64,000 nt of DNA from Pseudomonadota bacterium (lineage in GTDB: Bacteria > Pseudomonadota > Alphaproteobacteria > Acetobacterales > Acetobacteraceae): positions 2,364 through 66,363 of the forward strand of contig JAKAWQ010000009.1 in NCBI GenBank assembly GCA_021816925.1, written 5' to 3'. The notes under the pieces are model-generated. The model ran no database searches. It saw nothing but the letters and a program-made list of their open reading frames with translations, and was not told the origin of the DNA. The position numbers and the translations under genes were made by a program. Below are positions 22,162-33,029 of this stretch, piece after piece. Positions within the stretch are counted from its first letter, which is position 1; each line of letters starts with the position of its first letter.

Positions 22162-23841
22162 TCAGCTTGTACCCCAGTACCAGTCCTTCACGTTCCAGGT
22201 GTTGCACGAAACATAGACGCTCGGCTGATAGCCGATCAGCCCCTTCTTCGTGCCCTCGATCGTCACGTACTGGAAGATGCACAACTGCGGGAGATCATGC
22301 CGGATGATGTCCTCGAGCTTCCAGTAGACCTTCTGGCGTTTGGCGCGGTCGAACGTGGAAACGCCTTCCTGGAGGAGCTTGTCCACCTCGGGATTGACGT
22401 ACTCCATCGTGTTTTGGCCGGCGCCGCCCTTGGCTGGAATTGCCTTGCTGCTGAAATAGGTGGTCACATCGGGGTCTCCCCCATACATCATGTCTTCGCC
22501 CACCATCACAGAATCGTAGTGCGAGAGGTTGAAATAGTCGCCCCAGATCACGGCCGGGGGCATGTTCTTGATGGTCATCTCGGCGCCGATGTCGCGCCAG
22601 TTCTGCTGCAGGAGCTGCTGGGCGGTCGAGCGCACGTGGTTGCCCGCAGTGGTGGAATTGAGGAAGGCCAACCTGACGCCGTTCTTCTCCCGCACGCCGC
22701 CGGCGCCGGGCTTCCATCCCGCGGCATCCAGCATCGCCTTTGCCTTGGCCGGATCGTATTTCTGCGGGGCGAGGTGCGGGTTGAAGGCCCAGGACTGCCG
22801 CGGCAGGAACGTCACCGTCGGGCTCGGCAGCCCATAATAGACCTGATCGATGATGGCTTTGTTGTCCATCGCCGCATAGAGCGCCTCGCGCACTGCGCGC
22901 TCCTTGAATTGCGGGCGCGAAAGGTTGAGCGTGATGCTCTCCGTGAACGGCGCGGGCCCGACGACGATAGTGCGGTCCTTGAGCTTCTTGGCCTGGTTGT
23001 AGTGATCGGCGGTGATTCCTTGCAGACCGATATAGTCGATCGCGCCGGTCTGGAACTGGGTGAACATCACGGTGAGATCCGGGATGTAGCGGAATACAAC
23101 CGTCTCGAGATAAGGGCCTTTGCCGAAATAATGCGGGTTGGCCGAGAGCGTGATGTGATCGCCGGGCACGCGCTCTTTCCACATGAAGGGGCCGGTGCCC
23201 ACTGGCGCGTTGTTGAAGGGCGACGTGTTCGGGTCGGCCGCCTTCGCCAGGATGTGCTTCGGTACGATGAAGGTCCAGGAAAGAAGTGCCAGGAACGGTG
23301 CATAGGGTTTCGCCATGCGCCAGGAGATCTCGGTCGGGCTTTCCACCTTGATGTCTTGCATCAGATTGAAGCCGTTCCTGAGCCACGCCCGGAAGTTCTT
23401 GTTGTTGATGAGATCGAAGCTGAACTTCACGTCATCGGCGGTGAAGGGCTGACCGTCGTGCCACGTCACGCCCGGGCGCAGCTTCACCCGCCAGGTAAGT
23501 CCGTCTTCCGAAATCCCGCCATTGGCGACCGTCGGCAGCTCAGTGGCGAGTTCCGGCACAAAGTCGCCGCTGGCGTTGGGAAGCCAGAGCGGGCTGAACA
23601 GATTGAGATGAACGCCCTGATCCACCTCGATATGCGGCATCAGCGGATTGAAGACGGTCGGCTCCTGCGAGAAGCCGATCACCACCTGCCCGGTCGGCTT
23701 CGCCGGCGGCGCCGCCCGCGCGACCCCCGGCCTCAAGCCGAGGAGGGCTGCGCCGGCCAGCCCCGCGCCCAGGACGCGTCGCCGCGAGAGCGCCGCCCGC
23801 GCCATCGCGCCACGCAGCAATCCGTCCCACTGATCCGTCAT
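22162..23841 (-). CDS. peptide/nickel ABC transporter substrate-binding protein (family 5) with a Tat-like signal
   Basis: The ATG at 23841 is preceded by GGAGGAGG. The N-terminus ...ALSRRRVLGAGLAGAALLGLRPGVARA is a twin-arginine signal, followed by an SBP_bac_5-like body. Confidence 0.9.
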   Translation of the reverse strand: MTDQWDGLLRGAMARAALSRRRVLGAGLAGAALLGLRPGVARAAPPAKPTGQVVIGFSQEPTVFNPLMPHIEVDQGVHLNLFSPLWLPNASGDFVPELATELPTVANGGISEDGLTWRVKLRPGVTWHDGQPFTADDVKFSFDLINNKNFRAWLRNGFNLMQDIKVESPTEISWRMAKPYAPFLALLSWTFIVPKHILAKAADPNTSPFNNAPVGTGPFMWKERVPGDHITLSANPHYFGKGPYLETVVFRYIPDLTVMFTQFQTGAIDYIGLQGITADHYNQAKKLKDRTIVVGPAPFTESITLNLSRPQFKERAVREALYAAMDNKAIIDQVYYGLPSPTVTFLPRQSWAFNPHLAPQKYDPAKAKAMLDAAGWKPGAGGVREKNGVRLAFLNSTTAGNHVRSTAQQLLQQNWRDIGAEMTIKNMPPAVIWGDYFNLSHYDSVMVGEDMMYGGDPDVTTYFSSKAIPAKGGAGQNTMEYVNPEVDKLLQEGVSTFDRAKRQKVYWKLEDIIRHDLPQLCIFQYVTIEGTKKGLIGYQPSVYVSCNTWNVKDWYWGTS

Positions 23842-24130
23842 ATCCGAGCCTCCTCCGCAGCCATGCCAGCCTCGCCGCAACGGACTTCACGCAGTGCCGC
23901 GCGCACTGCTGTCCCGTCCGGGCACGATCGAGCCCCAAGGTTCGGCCATGACAGGCAACGCTATCCGTTCAGGATCGCGCAATTCCGCCGCCCGGGCAAG
24001 CGTCCCCTTTTTTCGCGCGCGCGATCACAGGCGCGACCGCAAAGCGGGGCCGGCGGCACAAATACCCGACATCCTGCCGCGTCGCTCCGATCCGCGGAAA
24101 GCCACCTCGGCCGAACGCCGCGTGAAACCC

Positions 24131-24475
24131 CTACGGCGCCAGCGGCGAGTAATTGGGCGGCGGCGGCGGGTAATAGGGCTGCGGTGGCGCGTACGAGGGC
24201 TGTTGCGGCGGCGGCGGGTAATAGGGCTGCGGCAGCGGCGGATGCGGCGTCGTCACCGCCCCGCCCACGGCGCCGAGCGCGCCGCCGATCAAGGCACCGG
24301 TCGCTGCGCCGCGCCCGCCACCGGCAATCGCACCGATCGCCGCTCCCGTGCCAGCCCCAAGAGCCGCACCGCCAAGCGCCCGCTGCTGAGGACTGTACGG
24401 GTTGGTGCAACCTCCCAGCATCAGCGCGACACCCAATCCGGCCGCAACCGGCTTCAGCAGACGCATTTGCAGCAT
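24131..24475 (-). CDS. glycine-zipper lipoprotein with a proline/tyrosine-rich tail
   Basis: The ATG at 24475 is preceded by GGAGGA. The product has a lipobox (MLQMRLLKPVAAGLGVALMLGGC), a Gly-zipper (GAALGAGTGAAIGAIAGGG...GALIGGALGAVGG) and a tail (PQPYYPPPPQQPSYAPPQPYYPPPPPNYSP). Confidence 0.75.
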   Translation of the reverse strand: MLQMRLLKPVAAGLGVALMLGGCTNPYSPQQRALGGAALGAGTGAAIGAIAGGGRGAATGALIGGALGAVGGAVTTPHPPLPQPYYPPPPQQPSYAPPQPYYPPPPPNYSPLAP

Positions 24476-24709
24476 CGAATCCTCCAACCGGCCCGTCGCA
24501 TCAGGCCGATGAACTGGTCCGATCAACGCGAGCCAATGCGGCTTTTCTATGTTTCGCGGGCAAACGCCGCATGCGTCCGCCGCCGCCGCCGCGTCCTCTG
24601 CGATGCGATACTGGCCGGCCATCCCCGTTGCGCGCCGCGGCAATCGCCGATCTCACCAATCCGGACCTGTCGGGGCGGCAAAATCGAACAGGGAGCGGGA
24701 TATGCGTCC

Positions 24710-24953
24710 ATGAAGCGCCGAAACTTCCTCCGGGCGGCCGGTGCAATGCCGCTCGCCGCAGCTGCACCGAATGCTGCCCTTGGCAAGCACGCCGCCAGCG
24801 AAACCCGCGCGCGCCACCGCCACGCCGTTTCGCCGCGCCCGCCCCGGAGATCCCGCTTGGCCCGCACCGGCCCGCTGGGAGGCGCTCGATGCCGAGGTCG
24901 CCGACAATCTCATCAAGGCCCTCTGGCAGCATCTGTGCGGAAATTTACGGTAA
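24710..24953 (+). pseudogene. 5' fragment of a Tat-exported FAD-linked oxidase-like gene (frameshifted and truncated)
   Basis: The ATG at 24710 gives MKRRNFLRAAGAMPLAAAAPNAALG, a Tat signal. A second frame continues ...FRRARPGDPAWPAPARWEALDAEVADNLIKAL, resembling the N-termini of FAD/BBE-type oxidases. Nothing follows before merR. Confidence 0.4.
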
Positions 24954-24983
24954 GGGTCGCGGTTCGAGAGAGCAGAACGGCGC

Positions 24984-25445
24984 TCAAGGCGGGAACGCTG
25001 CTGCTTTCGGCTGAGATAGGGCCTCGATCAAAGGGCATTCCGCCGGCCCGCCCGCTTGGCATTGCCGGATGAGCGCCCCCAGAGTGGTCTCGACCGCCCG
25101 GAGATCAGCGATTTTGCGCCGCACGTCCTGGCGATGGCGGATGGCGGCCCGTTTAACGTCCTCGCACGGACGCTCTTCCCCCTCAGCCAGGCTGAGAAGG
25201 CCACGCACCTCGTCGAGAGAAAAGCCGAGTTTCCGGGCACGGTAGATGAAGGTAAGGCGCGCGATTTCACTGGTGCCGTAAACCCGGCGGCCACTCTCGG
25301 TGCGCCGCGGTCGCTGAAGAACACCGACCTTCTCATAGAAGCGGATCGTGTCGATGCCGCAGCCGGTTCGCCGTGCGGCCACGCCGATCGGTACCAACCC
25401 GCCAGCGGACCGGGCAGCCGATGCGCGGGTTCGACGGTCATCCAT
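24984..25445 (-). CDS. merR: MerR family Hg(II)-responsive transcriptional regulator
   Basis: It has an HTH segment (IGVAARRTGCGIDTIRFYEKVGVL) and three Cys positioned as in MerR (...EERPCEDV... and ...QCQAGGPAECPLIEAL). ATG at 25445 is used here; the track starts at an alternative TTG at 25454. Confidence 0.9.
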   Translation of the reverse strand: MDDRRTRASAARSAGGLVPIGVAARRTGCGIDTIRFYEKVGVLQRPRRTESGRRVYGTSEIARLTFIYRARKLGFSLDEVRGLLSLAEGEERPCEDVKRAAIRHRQDVRRKIADLRAVETTLGALIRQCQAGGPAECPLIEALSQPKAAAFPP

Positions 25446-25464
25446 GCGGCTCAACGCATGCCCC

Positions 25465-25495
25465 TTGATCCTGGAGTTACTCCAGCATGCATATA
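25465..25495 (+). promoter_or_regulatory. MerR-type promoter/operator
   Basis: It comprises TTGATC (25465-70), a 19-bp spacer containing the perfect dyad ctggagt-t-actccag (25471-85), and then CATATA (25490-95). The long 19-bp spacer with a central dyad is the MerR-family hallmark. Confidence 0.65.
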
Positions 25496-25684
25496 GAACT
25501 TCGCCAGATGAATTGGAGGGGTCATGAGTTTCAGACTAGGCGATGTTTCTTGCGCGGCCAGCCAAGCGAGGCGCAGCGCCAGTTCTGACGGCGGCCGCGA
25601 CCGGCCACGGGCGGCTCTGGTGTCGGGATTGCATGGGCTTCTGCGCAGTTTTCCTCCCGGGGCGGCAGAAGGAATATTCATCCA

Positions 25685-27736
<2,052 letters not shown>

Positions 27737-27802
27737 ACGCGATGCAGGGTCCAAGCAGGACAGCACGAGAAAGACCTCAGTGAACACGAAAGGGGAATAC
27801 CT

Positions 27803-28396
27803 GTGACAACAGCCAATGACTCCAGTCATCACCGGTTCCAGGCGCGCGGGAGCACCTTGGTTGCCACACTGGCCCTTCTCGGCCTCGCGTCCGCGGCCGC
27901 GGCGGCCGCGCCCACGGGCAAGATGGGGCCGACCAGCGCACCGGCGCCGCAAAACATGGCCGCGCCCAATGCGCCATTCACCATCGACGGGCGCAGCGCC
28001 GAGTTGAAAACCTATATGGGCCATCCGCTCGTGATCTGGCAGGTCGCCACCTGGTGTCCGAGCTGCCGGGCCGGGCTCGAGACCTTCGCGCAGCATCAGG
28101 CGGAGATCGACAAGTCGGACATCACGATCCTCGTGCTGCGCGACTACAAGAACGGCGGCTACCCTGGCGTCGGCATGCACAAATTTGTCGAGCAGGTCGC
28201 GCCGAAGCTCCTGAACGACCCGCATTTCGTGATCGGGAAAGACACGAAGGCGTTGTTCGACCTCTACAATCCGCACCACTTCATCGATGTCTATCAAGTG
28301 ATTGCACCGGACGGGCACATCGTCGTGGTTTCCTCGACCCCCTCCGCCACCTTCAACAAGATCGAAGGCTTCATCAAGCCAAAGACCGGATCATGA
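27803..28396 (+). CDS. exported thioredoxin-like (TlpA/redoxin) protein
   Basis: 197 aa. It has a signal-like N-terminus (LVATLALLGLASAAAAAAP) and a WCPSC active-site motif in a thioredoxin-fold context. Confidence 0.85.
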   Translation: MTTANDSSHHRFQARGSTLVATLALLGLASAAAAAAPTGKMGPTSAPAPQNMAAPNAPFTIDGRSAELKTYMGHPLVIWQVATWCPSCRAGLETFAQHQAEIDKSDITILVLRDYKNGGYPGVGMHKFVEQVAPKLLNDPHFVIGKDTKALFDLYNPHHFIDVYQVIAPDGHIVVVSSTPSATFNKIEGFIKPKTGS

Positions 28397-28914
28397 TCGC
28401 CGTGCTCCATCAGCGCGCGAAGATGGTGCCGCGTGCCCTCCAGATCGCCCTCGGCTCCCGCCGGGCCGTGATGGGGACGGCGGCGCTATTTCTCGTGGCT
28501 CTCGCTTTCTATGCGATGCTCCTGCCCGCAACCAGCACCGGCGGTGCGCTGGGGCTTGTCTCGCTTCGCTTTCTGTCGCCGGCCGAGTTCGTCCTCGCGG
28601 CGATCATGGCCGCGCTTCTTGCGCTGACGGTGGCACTCGGCGTCTACGGCCTCCGCCAGGGATCGCGGATGCACCCGGCCGACACCGTCCTGGGTGCGGT
28701 GCTGGCAACCTTGCCCGCGCTGCTTTGCTGCACGCCGGTCCTGCCGCTGGCGATCGCGACGATCGCCTCCGTGCTGCCGGCGGTCGGACAGTTTGGAGTG
28801 CCGATCCAGGGCTTCATCGCGACTCATGAGGGCGCGATCTACGGGGTAGCGATCGCACTGATGGTCTGGGGCCTCTATGGCAGTGCCCAACGGGCGCTGT
28901 CCTGCGCCTGCTGA
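28393..28914 (+). CDS. membrane protein with a MerF/MerT-like vicinal-Cys helix; putative Hg(II) transporter
   Basis: The ATG at 28393 overlaps the upstream stop as ATGA. The product is multi-TM. The helix LPALLCCTPVLPLAIA resembles the CC(F)TPVL motif of MerF. The C-terminus is ...SCAC. Confidence 0.65.
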   Translation: MIAVLHQRAKMVPRALQIALGSRRAVMGTAALFLVALAFYAMLLPATSTGGALGLVSLRFLSPAEFVLAAIMAALLALTVALGVYGLRQGSRMHPADTVLGAVLATLPALLCCTPVLPLAIATIASVLPAVGQFGVPIQGFIATHEGAIYGVAIALMVWGLYGSAQRALSCAC

Positions 28915-29525
28915 GGTTGAACCGTACCGGGTTTCCCGGAGGCTGTTTGGTTTGAGTCACGCTGCCATGGGTGGCGGCGAGAGCCCGCAGCACGCAATCG
29001 AGGATCTTCCGGCCGAGACGATCGTCTTCCTGCTCGGCAGCCGGTACTGCGAGACCGATCGGCTTTCGGACATCGCCCGAAGCCTGTTCGGCAACATTCC
29101 GGAGGACTTCGCGCTCGTGCAGGCGATCTGCGACTTCGTGCACGGACACCTGACCTTCGGCTAACCAGCACGCGCGCACCACCCGCACCGCCTGGGAGGC
29201 CTACAACGAGCGCGTCGGCGTGTGCCGCGATTTCGCCCGCCTCGCGCTCGCGCTCTGCCGCTGCATGAACATCCCGGCGCGCTACTGCACCGGTTATCTC
29301 GGCGATATCGGCGTACCGGCAGATCCGGCGCCGATGGATTTCTCGGACTGGTTCGAGGTCTTTCTCGACGGGCACTGGCACGTCTTCGATCCGCGCCACA
29401 ACGTGCCGAGAATTGGCCGCGTGCTGATCGGTTACGGCCGCGACGCCGCGGACGTGCCGATCAGCCACGCCTTCGGGCCGAACATACTGACCGGCTTCGA
29501 GGTCTGGACCGACAGGGTGGCTTAA
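28877..29525 (+). pseudogene. transglutaminase-like cysteine protease family gene, 5'-truncated and frameshifted
   Basis: ORF 28877..29164 (...DLPAETIVFLLGSRYCETDRLSD...ICDFVHGHLTFG*) and ORF 29220..29525 (VCRDFARLALALCRCMNIPARYCTGYLGD...) are two halves of one gene. Removing one A near 29163 restores ...FGYQHARTTRTAWEAYNERVGVCRDF. By my recollection of family length, the N-terminal roughly 100 aa are absent. Confidence 0.7.
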
Positions 29526-29652
29526 AGCGTGATTGCGCGAGGCAGAATCGTCGGAGCCCGCGAATCGCGCTCCGGATCAAAAGCTCGCCAAGCATGTGTT
29601 CCGCGGCGCGATCGATCGGGACCCTCCGCAAGCCCGCCGGGCGCAACTGGCG

Positions 29653-29967
29653 TCACCCGATCAGCATCTCGCTCACCGGGTTGAACAGGCAGAGCTTGCG
29701 GGTGTCGATGGCAAATTCCGCGGGCGCACCAGGCGCGAGCCGCGTATCCGGGGCAACTCGGCCCAGCACCTCGTAGTTGGCCAGGCGCAGCAGCACCACG
29801 GTCTCGACGCCCGTCGGCTCGGTCATTTCCACCGGCACCCGCACGAGCGGTCCGGAATGGTCCAGCCGGCAGCTCGGTTCGGCGACGCATACCGGCCGGA
29901 TGTCGAGCACCACGCCCCGGTTCCGGTACTCGCCGGCGCGCGCCGTCTCCGGCACTGACAGCCGCAC
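29653..29967 (-). pseudogene. C-terminal (TOBE/regulatory domain) remnant of a MalK/UgpC-type sugar ABC ATPase
   Basis: The sequence ...GVVLDIRPV...VPVEMTEPTGVETVVLLRLANYEVLGRVAPDTRLAPGAPAEFAIDTRKLCLFNPVSEMLIG matches the C-terminal domain pattern. There is no room upstream for the ABC domain. Confidence 0.55.
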
Positions 29968-30129
29968 CTCGCCCTCGCCGCGCTCGGCGAGGGCTGCTGC
30001 GCGCTCGCCCCGAGGCGCAGCCCGGCTTTCCCGCCGATGGAACCTGAACCACGCCGCCCTCCCCCGCCCCCTGGACTCCGCCTTCGCGCCGGCGCCAAAA
30101 TCCCCTGACCCCGGGAGAAGGCGAAAAGT

Positions 30130-31050
30130 ATGTCAGGAGACCCATGGCAGGCCGGCGCGGCTTATCTCGATGGCCGTTTTCTTCCACTTGCCGAAGCGAA
30201 AATCCCTGTCACCGACTGGGGCTATCGGCGCTCCGACGTCACCTACGACGTCGTCAGCGTCTGGAACGGCGCCTTCTTCCGCCTCGACGATCATCTCCGC
30301 CGCTTCCAGGCCTCGATGGAGCATTTCCGTCTCCACCCAAGCGAAACGATCGACGACCTCCGCGGCATCCTGCACGAGCTCGTCCGCCGCGCCGGTTTGC
30401 GCGAGGCCTATGTTGCAATGGATTGCCTGCGCGCCACGGCGCCGGCCGGCCGGCCCCGCCACCCGGCCAACGCGCGGAGCTATCTCCTCGCCTACGCCGT
30501 CCCCTATGTCTGGTTGATGCCGAGCGAGGTCATCGCCCGCGGCGCCCATCTCATCATCGCGACCAACCGTCGCATCCCGCCTGTCTCGGTCGATCCGCGC
30601 GCCAAGAACTTCCACTGGGCCGACATGACGCAGGCGCTCTTCGAAGCCCGCGACGCCGGCGCCGACAATCCCGTGCTCCTCGATCTCGACGGCAACGTCA
30701 CCGAAGGCCCGGGCTTCAACGTCTTCGCGGTCACCGAAGGCCGCATCGCCACGCCCGATCGCGGCGTGCTCGAGGGCATCACCCGCCTCTCCGTCATCGA
30801 GCTTTGCGCCCGCCTCGGCCTTCCCTGCGAGATCCGCCCCGTCCCTGCCGACGAGCTTCGTGCCGCCGACGAGATCTTCATCTCCTCCACCGCCGGCGGC
30901 GTCATCGGCGCAACACGCCTCGACGGCCGCATCCTCGGCAACGATCGCCCCGGCCCGATCACCGGGCGGCTGCACGAATCCTATTGGCGTCTCCGCTCCG
31001 AAGGCTGGCACGCCGAGCCGATCGACTACGCGCGCGCGGCCGCCGAGTAG
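30130..31050 (+). CDS. class IV (branched-chain/D-amino-acid) aminotransferase family protein
   Basis: 306 aa with fold-type IV hallmarks (...VTDWGYRRSDVTYDVVSVWNG..., ...DGNVTEGPGFNVF..., ...GVLEGITR...). Confidence 0.88.
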   Translation: MSGDPWQAGAAYLDGRFLPLAEAKIPVTDWGYRRSDVTYDVVSVWNGAFFRLDDHLRRFQASMEHFRLHPSETIDDLRGILHELVRRAGLREAYVAMDCLRATAPAGRPRHPANARSYLLAYAVPYVWLMPSEVIARGAHLIIATNRRIPPVSVDPRAKNFHWADMTQALFEARDAGADNPVLLDLDGNVTEGPGFNVFAVTEGRIATPDRGVLEGITRLSVIELCARLGLPCEIRPVPADELRAADEIFISSTAGGVIGATRLDGRILGNDRPGPITGRLHESYWRLRSEGWHAEPIDYARAAAE

Positions 31051-31077
31051 CGCGCGGCGAATCCCGGCCCTGCCTCG

Positions 31078-32031
31078 TCATGTCGCCTGCTCGCGCCCCT
31101 TGGCGAGCGCCAGCACGCCGATGATGATGAGCCCGGTCACGACATAGCGCAGCCCCGCGCCGACGCGCATCACGTTCAGCATCGTCACCACGAGGTCGAG
31201 CAGGATCGCCGCACCCCAAAGCCCGGCCGGGCTCGCCTGCCCGCCGGCGATCGAAGTGCCACCCAGCACCACCACCGCGATGGACATCAGAAGGTAGTCG
31301 GTGCCCATGTCAAGCGCCGCGCCGCCCGAATAGGCAGAGAGCAAAATGCCGGCGACGGCGGCGAGCACAGCCGATGCGAGATAAACAAACCCCAGCGTAC
31401 GGCGCACCGCCAGCCCCGCCAGCCGCGCCGCCCGCGCATTCTGCCCGATCGCCAGCACCGAGCGGCCGAACACCGAACGGCTGAGCGCCACGCTCACCAG
31501 CACCGTCAGCACAATGAAAATGAGCGCGATCACCGGCAAGCCGAGCACGCGCGCCACACTGAACGAAACCAGAAGCGGCGCCGGCGCCGCGTGCGACGTC
31601 CGCGAATAGGCAATCGCCATCGACTGGAACACGAATCCCGCGGCCAGCGTCCCGATCATCGGCGGGATCCGAAGCCCCTGGATCAGCCCAACATTGAACG
31701 CGCCCGCCGCCAGCCCGATCACCACACCCGCCGCGATCCCCGCGGCCAACCCGGCATTGCCGCCGTTCATCATCCCGATCGCGACATAGCCCGCGAACGT
31801 CATCACGCCGGGGATCGAAAGATCGATATTCCCGGGCCCGGCCGCGATCGTGAGCATCTGGCCGATGCCGACAATGGCATAGAAAGTCGCGAACTGCAGC
31901 GCGACCGCCAGCGTCTCCAGCATGCCGCGCCCCTGCACCGCCAGTGCGGTCACCAGCCACACGATCAGCGCCGCTCCGAACGACCACACCCACGGCCGTG
32001 CGTCGAGCCAAGCCCGCACGTTCCCGGTCAC
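31078..32031 (-). CDS. sugar (ribose-type) ABC transporter permease
   Basis: The track ORF is over-extended. The GTG at 32031 overlaps the upstream stop as GTGA. The product has a multi-TM RbsC-like body. Confidence 0.88.
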   Translation of the reverse strand: MTGNVRAWLDARPWVWSFGAALIVWLVTALAVQGRGMLETLAVALQFATFYAIVGIGQMLTIAAGPGNIDLSIPGVMTFAGYVAIGMMNGGNAGLAAGIAAGVVIGLAAGAFNVGLIQGLRIPPMIGTLAAGFVFQSMAIAYSRTSHAAPAPLLVSFSVARVLGLPVIALIFIVLTVLVSVALSRSVFGRSVLAIGQNARAARLAGLAVRRTLGFVYLASAVLAAVAGILLSAYSGGAALDMGTDYLLMSIAVVVLGGTSIAGGQASPAGLWGAAILLDLVVTMLNVMRVGAGLRYVVTGLIIIGVLALAKGREQAT

Positions 32032-33029
32032 GCCGCACTCCACCGGTTGAGCGCGCGCAGCCCCAGCACGACGATCAGGATCCCTCCCTGCACGCTGAGC
32101 TGCCAGTCGGTCGAGATATTGAGGAACGAAAGCAGCGAGCCCGCCAGCAGCATGATCCACGCCCCGATCACCGTGCCGAGCGGCGTCACGATGCCGCCCA
32201 CGAACTCGCCCCCGCCCACGATCACTGCGGCGATCGAGGTCAACGTGTACTGCGCGCCCACGGTCGCATCGCCCGCGGTGTTCAGGCCCGTCAACGCAAG
32301 GCCGGCGATCACGCCGCTCGCGCCGGCGAGCGCATAGAGTGCCATCCGCCCGGCGAGCAGCGACCACCCGGCACGCGCGATCGCCCGCGGATGGCCGCCG
32401 ATCCCGCGCAGGACAACGCCGTATGAGGTGTGCATCAGCAGGAACTGGCCGAGCGCGGCGAGCAGGATCGAGGCAAGCACCGGCAGCGGCACGAACGGCG
32501 GCTGCCACGCAAAGAGCGCCGGCAACCAGCCGGGCGGCGCGCCGCCCGGACTCGGCAGCACCAAGAGCGCGAGGCCGAGCCACACGAACGAAGCCCCGAG
32601 CGTGACAACGATCGAAGGCAGTCGCCGCACATGGATCAGTGCACCCATCCCCGCATAGGCCGCAACCAGCGCCGCCAGCGCAAGCCAGCCGAAAAGCGGG
32701 CGTGTCGCCAGCAGCGTTGCCGCGATGCAATTGACCAGCGAGAGAAACGGCCCGATTCCGAGATCGATGTCGCCGACCGCGATCACCGCCATCTGCGCCA
32801 TCGCCGCGAAGATCGCCGGCAGCGTGAAATTCAGCAGCACGCTAAGCCCGAAATAGCTCATCGCCCGCGGCTGCATCGCGAAGATCACGCTCAGCATCAC
32901 GACCAGCGCCGCCGCCGGCAGCCCGACCCGAAGCGCCGCCGCCCGACGCGCCCCGCGCTCGCCGGCACCGGCCGCGATCCCGGCCGCCATCTCCGCCGTC
33001 ACGTCAGCCGGCAATGGCAGGCTCCGCAC
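32028..33029 (-). CDS. sugar (ribose-type) ABC transporter permease
   Basis: 333 aa, multi-TM, RbsC-like (...IAVGDIDLGIGPFLSLVN...). Confidence 0.88.
   Translation of the reverse strand: MRSLPLPADVTAEMAAGIAAGAGERGARRAAALRVGLPAAALVVMLSVIFAMQPRAMSYFGLSVLLNFTLPAIFAAMAQMAVIAVGDIDLGIGPFLSLVNCIAATLLATRPLFGWLALAALVAAYAGMGALIHVRRLPSIVVTLGASFVWLGLALLVLPSPGGAPPGWLPALFAWQPPFVPLPVLASILLAALGQFLLMHTSYGVVLRGIGGHPRAIARAGWSLLAGRMALYALAGASGVIAGLALTGLNTAGDATVGAQYTLTSIAAVIVGGGEFVGGIVTPLGTVIGAWIMLLAGSLLSFLNISTDWQLSVQGGILIVVLGLRALNRWSAA

Noticed and set aside
22297-25072. 905-aa ORF 22297..25014 (+) and 392-aa ORF 23894..25072 (+)
   Set aside because: They are antisense to the peptide-binding protein gene and the lipoprotein gene, with an Arg/Pro-rich product. 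Only the short stretch from 24710 (a Tat-signal fragment) looks genuine, and that is reported separately as a pseudogene fragment.
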